A stretch of 64,000 bases of DNA, taken from the NCBI GenBank assembly GCA_034722055.1, contig JAYENL010000242.1, positions 32,001 through 96,000 of the forward strand. The letters are read 5' to 3'. The notes below the pieces were generated by a model. The model had not been told where the DNA came from, did no database searches, and saw only the letters and a list, made by a program, of their open reading frames with translations. The position numbers were made by a program, and so were the translations under genes. The first letter of the stretch is position 1; each line of letters starts with the position of its first letter. Origin of the DNA: Armatimonadota bacterium (GTDB lineage Bacteria; Armatimonadota; Zipacnadia; Zipacnadales; UBA5352). Shown here in pieces: positions 1 through 9,315 of this stretch.

Positions 1-503
1 GCGCTGGCCATCGGCGTGTGATACTCGATGCCACCCAGGTCGCCGCCCCGGACGGTGACCGGCGGCAGGCATCGCTCTCCCCGGCCCTGCACGCGCCCCC
101 CCATCAGCTCCAGGGGCCTCGCGATGCGGTCCATGGGCCGCTGGGAGAGAGACTCATCGCCGGCCAAGGTGACCTCGAAGGGGCGGCCGGCCACCAGCCC
201 CATCATCAGCCGCATCCCGGTGGCGGAGTTGCCCATCTCCAGCGGCTGGTCGGGCTCTTGAAGGCCGTCGAGGCCTGCGCCGTGGACCTCCAGCGTCTCG
301 GTGCCGATGGGCTCGATGTGCACGCCCATCGCCCGGAGGGCCTCGGCGGTGCGCAGGCAGTCATCGCACTCGAGAAAGCCCTCGATGCGAGCGATGCCCG
401 TGGCAATGGAGGAGAGCATCGCCGCCCGGTGAGAGATGGACTTGTCGCCTGGCGGCCGTATTGACCCTGAGAGTCGCTCGCAAGGCCGCACTCGCAGCCT
501 CAT
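1..503 (-). CDS. aroA: 3-phosphoshikimate 1-carboxyvinyltransferase (EPSP synthase), 5' part; runs off the window
   Basis: Not in the ORF track. Manual translation from ATG at 503 gives MRLRVRPCERLSGSIRPPGDKSISHRAAM, with the conserved PGDKSISHRA motif. The ATGA start overlaps the tyrA stop. Confidence 0.95.
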   Translation of the reverse strand, partial: MRLRVRPCERLSGSIRPPGDKSISHRAAMLSSIATGIARIEGFLECDDCLRTAEALRAMGVHIEPIGTETLEVHGAGLDGLQEPDQPLEMGNSATGMRLMMGLVAGRPFEVTLAGDESLSQRPMDRIARPLELMGGRVQGRGERCLPPVTVRGGDLGGIEYHTPMAS

Positions 504-1360
504 GTCTCAGCCATCCTCTCTCGCCGCCGGCGAGCCTCCGCCAGCAGCGCCGTCAGCGCATCCTCATCCCCGGCGCGCAGCGCCTCCCGGTACCGCTCCG
601 CCTCCTCAAGGAGCTCATCCAGCGCCGCCAGCACCTCGTCGGCGTTCGTCAGCAGGATCTCCCGCCACACCTCCACCGGGCCGGCAGCGATGCGCGTCGT
701 ATCCCGCAGCCCGCCGCCCACGAAGGCATGGTCCTCGGCGGCATCGCCCAGCGCCCCGCACAGAGCCGCCGCAACCAGGTGCGGCAGATGGCTGGTGCGG
801 GCGACGATGCGGTCGTGCGTCTCCGCGTCAACGACCACTGGCCGGGCCCCCAGGGCCTCGACGATATCGCGCATGCGTGTGAGGGCCGCCTCGCCGCCTG
901 GCTGCGGCGTGAGCAGCCAGGCGCTGCCCCGGAAGAGGTCAGCGCGAGCAGCGGCGATGCCGGCTCGCTCCGAGCCGGCCATGGGGTGGCCGCCCACGAA
1001 GTCAACGCCGTCGGGCAGCCCGCGAGCGGCCTCCATGATCCGCCGCTTGGTGCTGCCGGCGTCCGTCACCAGGCAGCCCTCGGCCACCGCAGGTCCGATG
1101 GCGTTGATGATCTCGGGGATGGCCGCCACCGGGGTGGCGATGAACACCATCTCGGCCTCGCGCACCGCCTCGACGGGATCACGCGTGGTGGCATCCGCGG
1201 CCCCGCAAACCACGGCCTCCCGGAGCGTCTCCGCTGAGCGCGCCACGCCCACGACCTCGCGCAGGATCCCCGCCTCTCGACCCGCCAGCGCAAAGGAGCC
1301 GCCGATCAGCCCGATGCCGATGACAGCCGTGCGGCTGAAGCGCGTGCCCTCCACGGCCAT
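500..1360 (-). CDS. tyrA: Prephenate/arogenate dehydrogenase
   Basis: GIGLIGGS Rossmann motif, TDAGSTK, GGHPMAGSE, SHLPH, LRDTTRIA. Confidence 0.95.
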   Translation of the reverse strand: MAVEGTRFSRTAVIGIGLIGGSFALAGREAGILREVVGVARSAETLREAVVCGAADATTRDPVEAVREAEMVFIATPVAAIPEIINAIGPAVAEGCLVTDAGSTKRRIMEAARGLPDGVDFVGGHPMAGSERAGIAAARADLFRGSAWLLTPQPGGEAALTRMRDIVEALGARPVVVDAETHDRIVARTSHLPHLVAAALCGALGDAAEDHAFVGGGLRDTTRIAAGPVEVWREILLTNADEVLAALDELLEEAERYREALRAGDEDALTALLAEARRRRERMAET

Positions 1361-1373
1361 CGGCTCGCCTCCC

Positions 1374-2396
1374 TCATATCTCGCGCCCGACCGCCTCCGC
1401 GACCGTCCGGATCTGCTTCATCAGATCCGCGAACCCCGCCGGGGTCAGGGACTGCGGACCATCGCTGAGAGCCTGATCCGGCCGCGGATGCACCTCCACG
1501 AGCAGCCCGTCGGCGCCGGCCGCCACCGCCGCCAGGGCCATCTGCGGCACCAGGGAGCTGACGCCCACAGCGTGGCTGGGGTCAGCCAGGATGGGCAGGA
1601 AGGTCTCCCGCCGCGCCGCCGCCATCCCCCCCAGGTCCAGGGTGAAGCGCGTGGACGTCTCGAAGGTGCGGATGCCGCGCTCGCAGAGGATGATGTCCAG
1701 CGTCCCCGCGGCGGCGATGTACTCGCAGGCCTTCAGCCACTCCTCGACGGTGGACGAGAAGCCGCGCTTGAGCATCACCGGCCTCCCGGAGCGGCCGGCC
1801 TCCTTCAGCAGGTCGTAGTTCTGCATGTTCCGAGCACCGATCTGCAGGCAGTCGGCCAGCTCCGCCACCCGCTCCACCTGCCGCACGTCCATGACCTCGG
1901 TGACCACCGGCAGCCCGGTCTCCTCCCGGGCCTCGGCCAGCAACTCCAGTCCCTCCGGGCCCAGCCCCTGGAAGCTGTAGGGCGACGTCCGCGGTTTGAA
2001 GGCGCCGCCGCGCAGCGCGGCGGCGCCGGCCTCCGCCACGGCCCGGGCGGTCTGCATGACCTGCTCCCGGCTCTCCACCGAGCAGGGCCCGGCGATCACA
2101 CCCAGGTGTCCCGCCCCGATGCGCCTGTCGCCGAGCATCACCGACGAGGGCCTCGGGTTGTGCTCCCGGCTGATGAGCTTGTAGGGCTTGAGAACCGGCA
2201 CCACGCGCTCGACGCCCGGCAGCACCGAGAACTGGCCCGCCACGACCTCCTTCTCGTGGTCCGGCGCGCCGATGGCGCCGATGATGGTGCGCTCCTCGCC
2301 CCGGGAGATATGGTGGCCGTAGCCACGCTCCGCCAGGCGCTTCACGACCTGCTCCACGTCCTCATCAGTGCTGTCTCGACGCATGACTACGATCAT
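1374..2396 (-). CDS. aroF: DAHP synthase, class I-beta, with N-terminal regulatory domain
   Basis: [58 protein letters not shown]. Confidence 0.95.
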   Translation of the reverse strand: MIVVMRRDSTDEDVEQVVKRLAERGYGHHISRGEERTIIGAIGAPDHEKEVVAGQFSVLPGVERVVPVLKPYKLISREHNPRPSSVMLGDRRIGAGHLGVIAGPCSVESREQVMQTARAVAEAGAAALRGGAFKPRTSPYSFQGLGPEGLELLAEAREETGLPVVTEVMDVRQVERVAELADCLQIGARNMQNYDLLKEAGRSGRPVMLKRGFSSTVEEWLKACEYIAAAGTLDIILCERGIRTFETSTRFTLDLGGMAAARRETFLPILADPSHAVGVSSLVPQMALAAVAAGADGLLVEVHPRPDQALSDGPQSLTPAGFADLMKQIRTVAEAVGREI

Positions 2397-2416
2397 GGTC
2401 GCTCAACTGCCCCTCG

Positions 2417-3529
2417 TCACTGCTCGGGGCGCTCCGCCAGCACCTGGCGCAGCGCCGCGATGAAGGTCTCGTTCTGCTCCGGCGTGCCGATGGTCACCCG
2501 GATCCACTCCGGGAAGCCGAAGATCTCGCCGGTGCGCACCGTCACACCGTGGCGCATCAGGGCGTCGAAGCACGCCACGCTGTCCATGCCAACCTCAACG
2601 AAGATGAAGTTCGCCTGCGTCGGGATATACTCGAGCCCCATCTTGTCGAACTGCCCGTAGAGGTACTGCTTGCCGGCGCGGTTGTTCGCCACGCTCCTGG
2701 GCACCTGGTCTGGGTCGCGGAGGCTGGCCAGCGCCGCTGTCTGGGCCACCGACGCGACATTGAAGGGCTCCCGCACCTGCTTGAGCGCGCTGGCGATGTC
2801 CACCGGCGCGATGCCGTAGCCGATGCGCAGGCCGGCCAGGGCGAAGGCCTTCGAGAAGGTGCGCAGCACCGCGCACCGGGCGCCCTCCCGCACGTGCTGC
2901 AGTGTGTCCGGATAGGCCGGGTCATCGACGTACTCGAAGTAGGCCTCATCGAAGACCACGATGCAGGTGTCCGGCACGCGGTCCATAAAGGCCGCAACCT
3001 CATCGGCGGTCACGATGGTGCCGAGCGGGTTGTAGGGGTTGGAGATGAACACCAGCTTCGTGCGCTCGGTCACCGCCTCGGCCATGGCATCGAGATCGTG
3101 TCGGAAGTCCCGAGCAGGCACCACAACCTCCTCGGCGGCCATCAGCCGGGCGGTGTAGGGGTAGATGGCGAAGGCCGGGTCGGAGAAGACCAGGTTGTCG
3201 CCGGGATCGACGAAGGCCAGCCCCAGGTAGTGCAGAATCTCGTCCGAGCCGCGGCCCACGACGATGGTGTCCGGGTCCACGTCCAGCATCTCCGCCAGCG
3301 CCTCCGTCAGCTCCACACACTGCGGGTCGGGGTAGGAGAGCACCTCCGAGGCCGCATCCTGCATTGCCTGCACAGCCAGCGGCGAGGGCCCGAGCGGGTT
3401 CTCATTGGACGCCAGCTTGGTGACCCTCTCGATGCCCAGCTCCGCCATGACCTCCGCGGAGGACTTGCCCGGGGAGTAGGGCACGATGCGCTTGACGGTC
3501 TCGCGGATCAGCTCGTCTGCCTCGGCCAC
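2417..3529 (-). CDS. hisC: Histidinol-phosphate/aromatic aminotransferase
   Basis: KLASNENPLGPSP, NPYNPLG, DEAYFEY, LRTFSKAFALAGLRIGY. Confidence 0.93.
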   Translation of the reverse strand: MAEADELIRETVKRIVPYSPGKSSAEVMAELGIERVTKLASNENPLGPSPLAVQAMQDAASEVLSYPDPQCVELTEALAEMLDVDPDTIVVGRGSDEILHYLGLAFVDPGDNLVFSDPAFAIYPYTARLMAAEEVVVPARDFRHDLDAMAEAVTERTKLVFISNPYNPLGTIVTADEVAAFMDRVPDTCIVVFDEAYFEYVDDPAYPDTLQHVREGARCAVLRTFSKAFALAGLRIGYGIAPVDIASALKQVREPFNVASVAQTAALASLRDPDQVPRSVANNRAGKQYLYGQFDKMGLEYIPTQANFIFVEVGMDSVACFDALMRHGVTVRTGEIFGFPEWIRVTIGTPEQNETFIAALRQVLAERPEQ

Positions 3530-3557
3530 GATCGGTCCCTCCTGCGCTATCGGGAGC

Positions 3558-4538
3558 TCACTCGGAGCTCTGGCTGACGATCTCGCTGAGCAGTCGGCTG
3601 ACGGAGCGGTCCTCGTGAATGCAGCGCAGCGCCTCCGCCAGCAGCGGCGCCACGGAGACCACCGTCACGTTGTCAGGCGCCTCAGGGCGCGTGGGGATGG
3701 TGTCGGTGGTGTAGAGCGTCCGGATGTCGGACTTGCCGATCAGCTCCGGGGCGTCTCCACACATGATGGCGTGCGTCACGCACGCGTTGACCTCGGTGGC
3801 GCCCGCCTCCATGACCTCTGAGGCTGCGTTGACGATGGTGCTGCCGCTGAAGATGAAGTCATCCACCAGCAGCGCGCGCATGCCGTCGAGGTCACCGACG
3901 CTCTCGACGGTCCGCGCCACCTCCACGTCCTCGTTTGGATGGCGTTTGAAGACAACCGCAATGTGGCAGCCCAGGCGCTGTGCAATCTCATCGGCCCGAT
4001 CCACGGCCCCGGCGTCGGGCGCCACGATGATGGTATTGGGGCCGGTCAGGCCCTCTCTGCGGAACACGTTGAGAAACACCGGCAGGTGCGGCAGGTGGTC
4101 TACGGGGATGTCGAAGAAGCCCTGGATGGCGCCCTCGTGCAGGTCCATGGTCACGATGCGATCCGCGCCGGCGGCCACAGTCAGGTCCGCCACCACCCGG
4201 GCGGAGATGGGCTCCCGGCCCCGGAACTTGCGCTCCTGCTTGGAGTACGGATACCAGGGGACGACGGCGGTGATGCGGCCCGCCGACGCCCGCTTGGCGG
4301 CGTCGATCATCAGCCACAGCTCCACCAGCCGGTCGCTGACCTGGTCGGGGAAGGACTGGAAGATGAAGACGTCCTTCCCGCGCACGTTCTCCAGAAGCTG
4401 AATGCGGATCTCGTCGTTGGAGAACTTCGAGACGATGGCCTCCGAGACCCGAGTGCCCAGCGCCTCGGCCACATCGCTCGAAAGCTGCACACTCCCGTTG
4501 CCCGTGAATATGCTCATGTCATCGAAAGCCGGACTCAT
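3558..4538 (-). CDS. prs: Ribose-phosphate pyrophosphokinase
   Basis: ENVRGKDVFIFQ, DAAKRASAGRITAVVPWYPYSKQERK, REPISAR, DLH..IQGFFDIPVD, VAPDAG, LLVDD. Confidence 0.93.
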   Translation of the reverse strand: MSPAFDDMSIFTGNGSVQLSSDVAEALGTRVSEAIVSKFSNDEIRIQLLENVRGKDVFIFQSFPDQVSDRLVELWLMIDAAKRASAGRITAVVPWYPYSKQERKFRGREPISARVVADLTVAAGADRIVTMDLHEGAIQGFFDIPVDHLPHLPVFLNVFRREGLTGPNTIIVAPDAGAVDRADEIAQRLGCHIAVVFKRHPNEDVEVARTVESVGDLDGMRALLVDDFIFSGSTIVNAASEVMEAGATEVNACVTHAIMCGDAPELIGKSDIRTLYTTDTIPTRPEAPDNVTVVSVAPLLAEALRCIHEDRSVSRLLSEIVSQSSE

Positions 4539-4591
4539 GCCTGTGGACTCCCGTTCATGGATGATCTCGCCGACGGCCGGCCCCCTGACAG

Positions 4592-4622
4592 AAAAAACGC
4601 CGCGGGTTGGCGCCGCGGCGTT
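4592..4622 (-). terminator. Intrinsic terminator (attenuator) in the prs leader
   Basis: Minus strand AACGCCGCGG-CGCCAAC-CCGCGGCGTT-TTTT: 10-bp stem running into a T6 tract, 54 nt before the prs start. Confidence 0.85.
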
Positions 4623-4646
4623 GGGCTCTCCTGGGCTCGTGCAGTG

Positions 4647-4727
4647 CTAGCAGGACTCCCTCCGCCGCGGGTCAGACCCGTGGTAATAATGATGGCAGCG
4701 ACTGACTTGGTGGATGGCCATCGCCAT
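4647..4727 (-). CDS. Putative attenuator leader peptide MAMAIHQVSRCHHYYHGSDPRRRESC (start 4727 or 4721)
   Basis: Manually translated; CAT CAT TAT TAC CAC cluster; lies between a promoter and a terminator; GGGG 8 nt before the second ATG. Confidence 0.75.
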   Translation of the reverse strand: MAMAIHQVSRCHHYYHGSDPRRRESC

Positions 4728-4763
4728 ATCCCCGCGACGCAGGAGTGCAGCACGTTTGACGGT

Positions 4764-4792
4764 AAACTAACATAGCCCAGAGGCGCTGTCAA
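4764..4792 (-). promoter_or_regulatory. Sigma70-type promoter of the prs-hisC-aroF-tyrA-aroA operon
   Basis: TTGACA-17 nt-TAGTTT with extended -10 TG. Confidence 0.75.
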
Positions 4793-4910
4793 GGCGCCGT
4801 TCGGCGGCAAGCGGACACGCCGAACCGGGGAGTCCGACGGCGCCAGGACGTGCCGGCGGCTCTGAGCCGTGCGGCGTTCGCAGCCCGCCGGTGAGGATCG
4901 AGACTCACAC

Positions 4911-5270
4911 TCACTCCCGCCGCCGGCTGATCTCCACCTCGGCGTGGTCGATGAGCCCGCCCAGCGGGGCGCTCATCTTCCGCACCCGGACCGTGACCTC
5001 CTCCACGGGGAACTCAGCGAGGACCGCCTCGGCAATGTGGTGGGCGAAGGCCTCCAGGAGCCGGAAACGACTCTCCTCCTGAACGCGCGCCACGAGGTCG
5101 TACACAGCCTTATAGTCAACGGTGTCGGCCACGCTGTCGCTCACGCCGGCAGAGTGCAGGTCCAGACCCAGCTCCACATCCACGTGGAAGCGGCCACCGA
5201 GGTCCCGCTCGGACGCATCCACCCCGTGGTAGCCGTAGAAGCGCATGTTGTGAATGCGGATGATGTCCAT
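4911..5270 (-). CDS. folB: Dihydroneopterin aldolase
   Basis: MDIIRIHNMRFYGYHGV..ER..G.RF.VD, DTVDY, LLEAFA, VRVRK..APL. Confidence 0.93.
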   Translation of the reverse strand: MDIIRIHNMRFYGYHGVDASERDLGGRFHVDVELGLDLHSAGVSDSVADTVDYKAVYDLVARVQEESRFRLLEAFAHHIAEAVLAEFPVEEVTVRVRKMSAPLGGLIDHAEVEISRRRE

Positions 5271-5413
5271 GGCGTCAGCACAGGCGACAAGCTGCAGGCT
5301 AACAGCAAACGAAGGGGGAGGAGAGCCACGGGGCACAGACCGTCACGCGGACGCCGCAGGGGAGACGTGTGGGCTTCACGGCGCAGCTCATGACCGGAGA
5401 TTGGCGAACCGGC

Positions 5414-6907
5414 TCAGTCCTCCGACTGGCGCTTGGGGAGGATGGACCGGAAGGTGCTCCCCTGGCCGACCTCGGATTCGATCTCCATGTGGCCCCCGTG
5501 CGCCTCGGTCACGCGCCGGGTATAGACCATCCCCAGGCCGATACCACCGGCCTGCTTCTTGGACAGGTCGGTGCGGAATCCGGCCTCCTTGCCGATCTTC
5601 TCGACCGCCTCCGGAGGGATCCCGATGCCCTCGTCCGTGACCTCCATGACGACCATGTCGTCATCGGTCTCGTGGACCCGGACCGTAATGGTTGTGCCGG
5701 GGTCGGAATACTTGGCGGCATTCTTAAGGTAGTTGTCCAGAATCGAGGTGATTTTTCCGCGGTCACCCTCCATCATGAGCTCCTCGGGGGCCTCCACGTC
5801 CAGCTCATGACCCATGAGGTAATCCGCCAACTCCTCGAGGATCTGGTTGAGGGCCTCGACGAGGTCGAACTCCTCGACATCCAGCTCCAGCTCCTTGCCG
5901 GCGTGGATGCGGGAGATGTTGAGGGTCTCGGCGATCAGGCGGAACATGCGCGCCGACTGGATGAGGGCGGTGCCGATGAACTCGTCAATGATCTCCTGAT
6001 CCTCGGGGTGAACGCCGCCCTCGGTCATGGCCTCGATGGTCTGCAGATTCCCCTGGATGACCGTCAGCGGGGTGCGCAACTCGTGGGCCACCTGGCCCGT
6101 CAGTTCCTCAGCCGCAGTGCTGAAGGGTGACTGGGTGAAGGCCACGATGATCTGATCTTCCTGCGTTCGCTGAGCGCTGGCCGAGTAGCTCTCGTTGTCG
6201 CGCCCGACGAAGGCCGTGGCAGCGTTGCCCTCAGCGCTGTGCCTGACCTCCGCCACCAGCTCGGCGAGCTGCTGCCGGTAGTCAATGGCCTCAAGGCGCC
6301 GGCCCTGAAGTGGGTCTAGCCCCACCACCTGCATCGCGGCCGCGTTTGCCACAAGGACCTCTCTTGAGGGCCCCACAAGCATCAGCCCGACAGGCACGGT
6401 AGCGAAGGCGGCCTGGATGTCGTCGAACTCGTCAAGCTGCTCCTCGACCAACAGCGCCGCGGCCTGCCCCGAGAGCGTCTCCACCAGCTTGTAGTCGTCC
6501 TCGTCGTAGCGTTCCCCGCGCTTGGCCCACAGCGTGAGCACACCCACGGTGCGCTGGACGGGCTCCTCCTCGGCCTCCAGGGGCTCCCGTTCCCAGATGA
6601 TGGGCAGCACCAGCACGGGCGGATCGACGGTGACCTCGTCGATCCGCGTGCGTTCGGTGAGCACCACAGGGCCCTTCTGGGAGAGCGCATCGCTCACCGC
6701 CGCCGAGAAGGCGCTGGGGGTGTCGATGTCCACATGCCCCAACGAGTCGCTGGTTATCCCATCGCGCCGGCTCACCACCGCTTGGGGGTGCAGCCGGTTA
6801 TCGGCCACCCCCAGCGAGAAGCAGGCGGCACCATCCGTCTGGATGATCTGGGCGACCTTCTGTACGAAGCGGTCAAGTATTGCCGAGCGCACTGCGGTCA
6901 CCTGCAT
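5414..6907 (-). CDS. Cytoplasmic GAF/PAS sensor histidine kinase
   Basis: H-box VAHELRTPLT, N-box NYLKNAAKYS, DEGIGI, GGIGLG; N-terminal GAF- and PAS-like segments; no obvious TM helix. Confidence 0.88.
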   Translation of the reverse strand: MQVTAVRSAILDRFVQKVAQIIQTDGAACFSLGVADNRLHPQAVVSRRDGITSDSLGHVDIDTPSAFSAAVSDALSQKGPVVLTERTRIDEVTVDPPVLVLPIIWEREPLEAEEEPVQRTVGVLTLWAKRGERYDEDDYKLVETLSGQAAALLVEEQLDEFDDIQAAFATVPVGLMLVGPSREVLVANAAAMQVVGLDPLQGRRLEAIDYRQQLAELVAEVRHSAEGNAATAFVGRDNESYSASAQRTQEDQIIVAFTQSPFSTAAEELTGQVAHELRTPLTVIQGNLQTIEAMTEGGVHPEDQEIIDEFIGTALIQSARMFRLIAETLNISRIHAGKELELDVEEFDLVEALNQILEELADYLMGHELDVEAPEELMMEGDRGKITSILDNYLKNAAKYSDPGTTITVRVHETDDDMVVMEVTDEGIGIPPEAVEKIGKEAGFRTDLSKKQAGGIGLGMVYTRRVTEAHGGHMEIESEVGQGSTFRSILPKRQSED

Positions 6908-6953
6908 ACCATGGCATGAACAGCCGGCGCACGCATACGGGAACGCAAGTATG

Positions 6954-6983
6954 AATGTACCCGAAGCTTGCCCGCCGCGTCAA
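6954..6983 (-). promoter_or_regulatory. Sigma70-type promoter of the histidine kinase gene
   Basis: TTGACG-18 nt-TACATT. Confidence 0.5.
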
Positions 6984-7073
6984 GCCTGATGTATCTCCGC
7001 CGGATGCTCCCAGATTAAGATTTCGGTGACTCCCCGGACTGTCTGCCCCGCAGCGGAGGCTGACGTCCGCCGG

Positions 7074-8249
7074 TCAGTCCACGAAGAAACACATGTCCTC
7101 CGCCCGAACCGGCACCGGCCGCCCCAGCCTGATGGACTCGATGGCCCTCAGGCTCAGATAGGTGGCCCGAGCCCCGGACCGCTCGTCGATCGGCGACGGT
7201 CCGTCCTCACCGATGGCCCTCGCGAAGGCCTCCAAGAGCTGGAAGTGGCCCTTGTCCGGGCTGAGGTTCGGCCACTGCGCGCCACCGCTGTCAGCGTGCG
7301 CTCGGGCCCGCACGTTGAGCTTCGCCACGTAGCCCTCCAGCCCGCCCTCGACGCCGACCTCGGGCAGCTCGTCGTACTGCAGGTCGAACTGCCTCACCTC
7401 AGGCTCTCCGCGCCCGAAGACCTGCGTCTCCACGAAGCACAGGTTGCGGAAGAGAGCGTTGTGGTCGGTCAGCTCATACAGCTCCTTGGGGTATCGAAAG
7501 GTGCCGGTAACCGAGAACCAGATGCAGGCGTGAGCGCCGCTGGAAAAGTCCAGCGTGACTATGTGATTCAGCCGGCTGGAGCCGGTGGCGAAGACCCGCG
7601 TGGGCTCCTCATCCAGCAGCCAGCAGGCCAGATCAAGCCAGTGGCAGGTCTCGCCGATGACCTGCCCGCCGCCCGTGAGCCAGTCGATGTGTACCGGCCG
7701 GTAGGTGCTGGACTCGTCGTTGATGCGGATCATCAGCATCGTGGCGTCCTCTTCGGGCAGCCGGGGGCGGTCCGCCGCCTCCACGAACTGACCCGCCCCC
7801 ACCGAGGGATCCGCCCGATGCGCTCGATACGCCTCGCGCATGTAAACTATGGAGGGCGCGAACCGCCGGTTGTAGTCCACGCACAGCTTGACCCCAGCGT
7901 CCTTCACCGCCTTTACCACGCGGTAGGACTCCTCCTGGGTCATCGTCATCGGCTTCTCGGCCAGGACGTGCTTGCCGGCCTCGATGGCCCCCAGCATCAG
8001 CTCGAAGTGCACGCTGTGAGGCACCGAGAGGATAACCAGGTCCACGTCAGCGTCAGCGAAGACCGCTTCGGCGTCGGGCGTGGTGTAGCGCGGCGAGTAG
8101 TGCTCCTCCACCCACGCACGGTTCTCCTCGCTGCGGGAGCATCCCGCGACGAGCTCGATCGCGTCAGATCGCTCGATGTTCGGGAAGTGCTGCGTGCGTG
8201 CGAACGCGCCGCAGCCGATCACCGCCGCCCTGATCGTGTCCATCTCCAT
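7074..8249 (-). CDS. Gfo/Idh/MocA family oxidoreductase
   Basis: AVIGCG, AGKHVLAEKPM, YNRRFAP, GGGQVIGETCHWLDL. Confidence 0.9.
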   Translation of the reverse strand: MEMDTIRAAVIGCGAFARTQHFPNIERSDAIELVAGCSRSEENRAWVEEHYSPRYTTPDAEAVFADADVDLVILSVPHSVHFELMLGAIEAGKHVLAEKPMTMTQEESYRVVKAVKDAGVKLCVDYNRRFAPSIVYMREAYRAHRADPSVGAGQFVEAADRPRLPEEDATMLMIRINDESSTYRPVHIDWLTGGGQVIGETCHWLDLACWLLDEEPTRVFATGSSRLNHIVTLDFSSGAHACIWFSVTGTFRYPKELYELTDHNALFRNLCFVETQVFGRGEPEVRQFDLQYDELPEVGVEGGLEGYVAKLNVRARAHADSGGAQWPNLSPDKGHFQLLEAFARAIGEDGPSPIDERSGARATYLSLRAIESIRLGRPVPVRAEDMCFFVD

Positions 8250-8445
8250 CTCCTGTCAGCCGGCCTCTGAGGTCTGACCTGCATTGGGGACGCAACCCGT
8301 GAAGGGTGGAGCAGCTTTCTCCGCTCCCGCAGCTTCACCTTCAGCCGCCGCTCCGTATCCACGGCGAAGCGCAGCGCGCACTGGGCCACAACCCATCCGC
8401 CGCCGGCCGTTGTCTTGGGCTCCATCCTTCGCGAAGGTCGGGCTT

Positions 8446-8557
8446 CCGGAGATCGCAAGCGATCTCACCGACAAGGACAGACGGCGCACGCACAGGAGTG
8501 TGCGTGCCACGGAGCGGCGCCGTTTGCCGTGCCATCGAGACCGCTTGCGGTCTCCGG
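8446..8557. repeat. Inverted pair of REP-like hairpins flanking a third hairpin
   Basis: CCGGAGATCGCAAGCGATCTC (8446-8466) and reverse-oriented CCGGAGACCGCAAGCGGTCTC (8537-8557); central GCACGCACA-GGAG-TGTGCGTGC. Confidence 0.65.
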
Positions 8558-8589
8558 GAGGCCGGCCTCCGTTCCGGCCAGGCCGTTGC

Positions 8590-9297
8590 TCAGGCCCCAT
8601 CAGTGCCCGCTGTGGCCTCGCTCAGCGTCGCAGGTTCATCCTGCTTCCCCATTTCGCGCCGCCGCGTCCGGGCGAGGTGAATGGCCCCGGCTGCCGCCGA
8701 TCCCACCGCCGTCCAGGCCGCCGCGGAGACGGCCATCGCTGCCGGCGGCGCCGTCAGGGCCTCGCCGGCGACCATCCGCCACGGCAGCTCGGCCAGCGTC
8801 CCCACGGCGCGGAGCGCACCGCCCCCCACCAGCGCCATCGTCCCCAGCAGGCCCTCGTGCATCCAGCAGTGGATAAAGCAGGCGCCGAGGGCCTGGCACA
8901 GGGCCGGGACCAGCCAGCCCAGCAGCAGGCCGGCCAGCGCCCCGCATGTCACCAAGCTCCCCGGCGAGCGCTCTCTCCTGACCGCTCGGACCGCCGCCAC
9001 CAGGGCGCCGGCCACCAGGCCAATGAGCGTCCAGCCGATGGCTGCCACGGCGGCGTCCGAGAGCGGAGGGACGGGGGCGTGAGAGCTGACGTAGACGGCC
9101 GGCGCCTCGGAGATGCTGACCAGCAGCGATCCCGCGCCGATCACTGCATCCGAGACTCGGGGATTGTCTCTCAGCGCGGGCGCCCAGTCCATGATGGGCG
9201 GCCCCATCACGCGCGGGAGCGCCCAGCCGAGCATCAGCCCGGCCAGGGCCCCGATGGCGCCGGGCATGAGAGTTCTGCGCCAGCTACCGGTGCTCAC
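8590..9297 (-). CDS. Hypothetical membrane protein with internal duplication
   Basis: Several hydrophobic stretches; GALAGLMLGWALP recurs as GALAGLLLGWLVP; follows nadA with a GGAGAGG SD. Confidence 0.6.
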   Translation of the reverse strand: MSTGSWRRTLMPGAIGALAGLMLGWALPRVMGPPIMDWAPALRDNPRVSDAVIGAGSLLVSISEAPAVYVSSHAPVPPLSDAAVAAIGWTLIGLVAGALVAAVRAVRRERSPGSLVTCGALAGLLLGWLVPALCQALGACFIHCWMHEGLLGTMALVGGGALRAVGTLAELPWRMVAGEALTAPPAAMAVSAAAWTAVGSAAAGAIHLARTRRREMGKQDEPATLSEATAGTDGA

Positions 9298-9315
9298 GGG
9301 CCTCTCCAGCCGACC

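Noticed and set aside
4535..4810. Alternative leader frame containing WRW and IIITT, resembling trp or thr/ilv leaders
   Set aside because: No stop before the terminator, no well-placed ATG after the promoter, and no Thr/Ile/Trp-specific genes in the visible operon; the HHYYH frame fits all criteria
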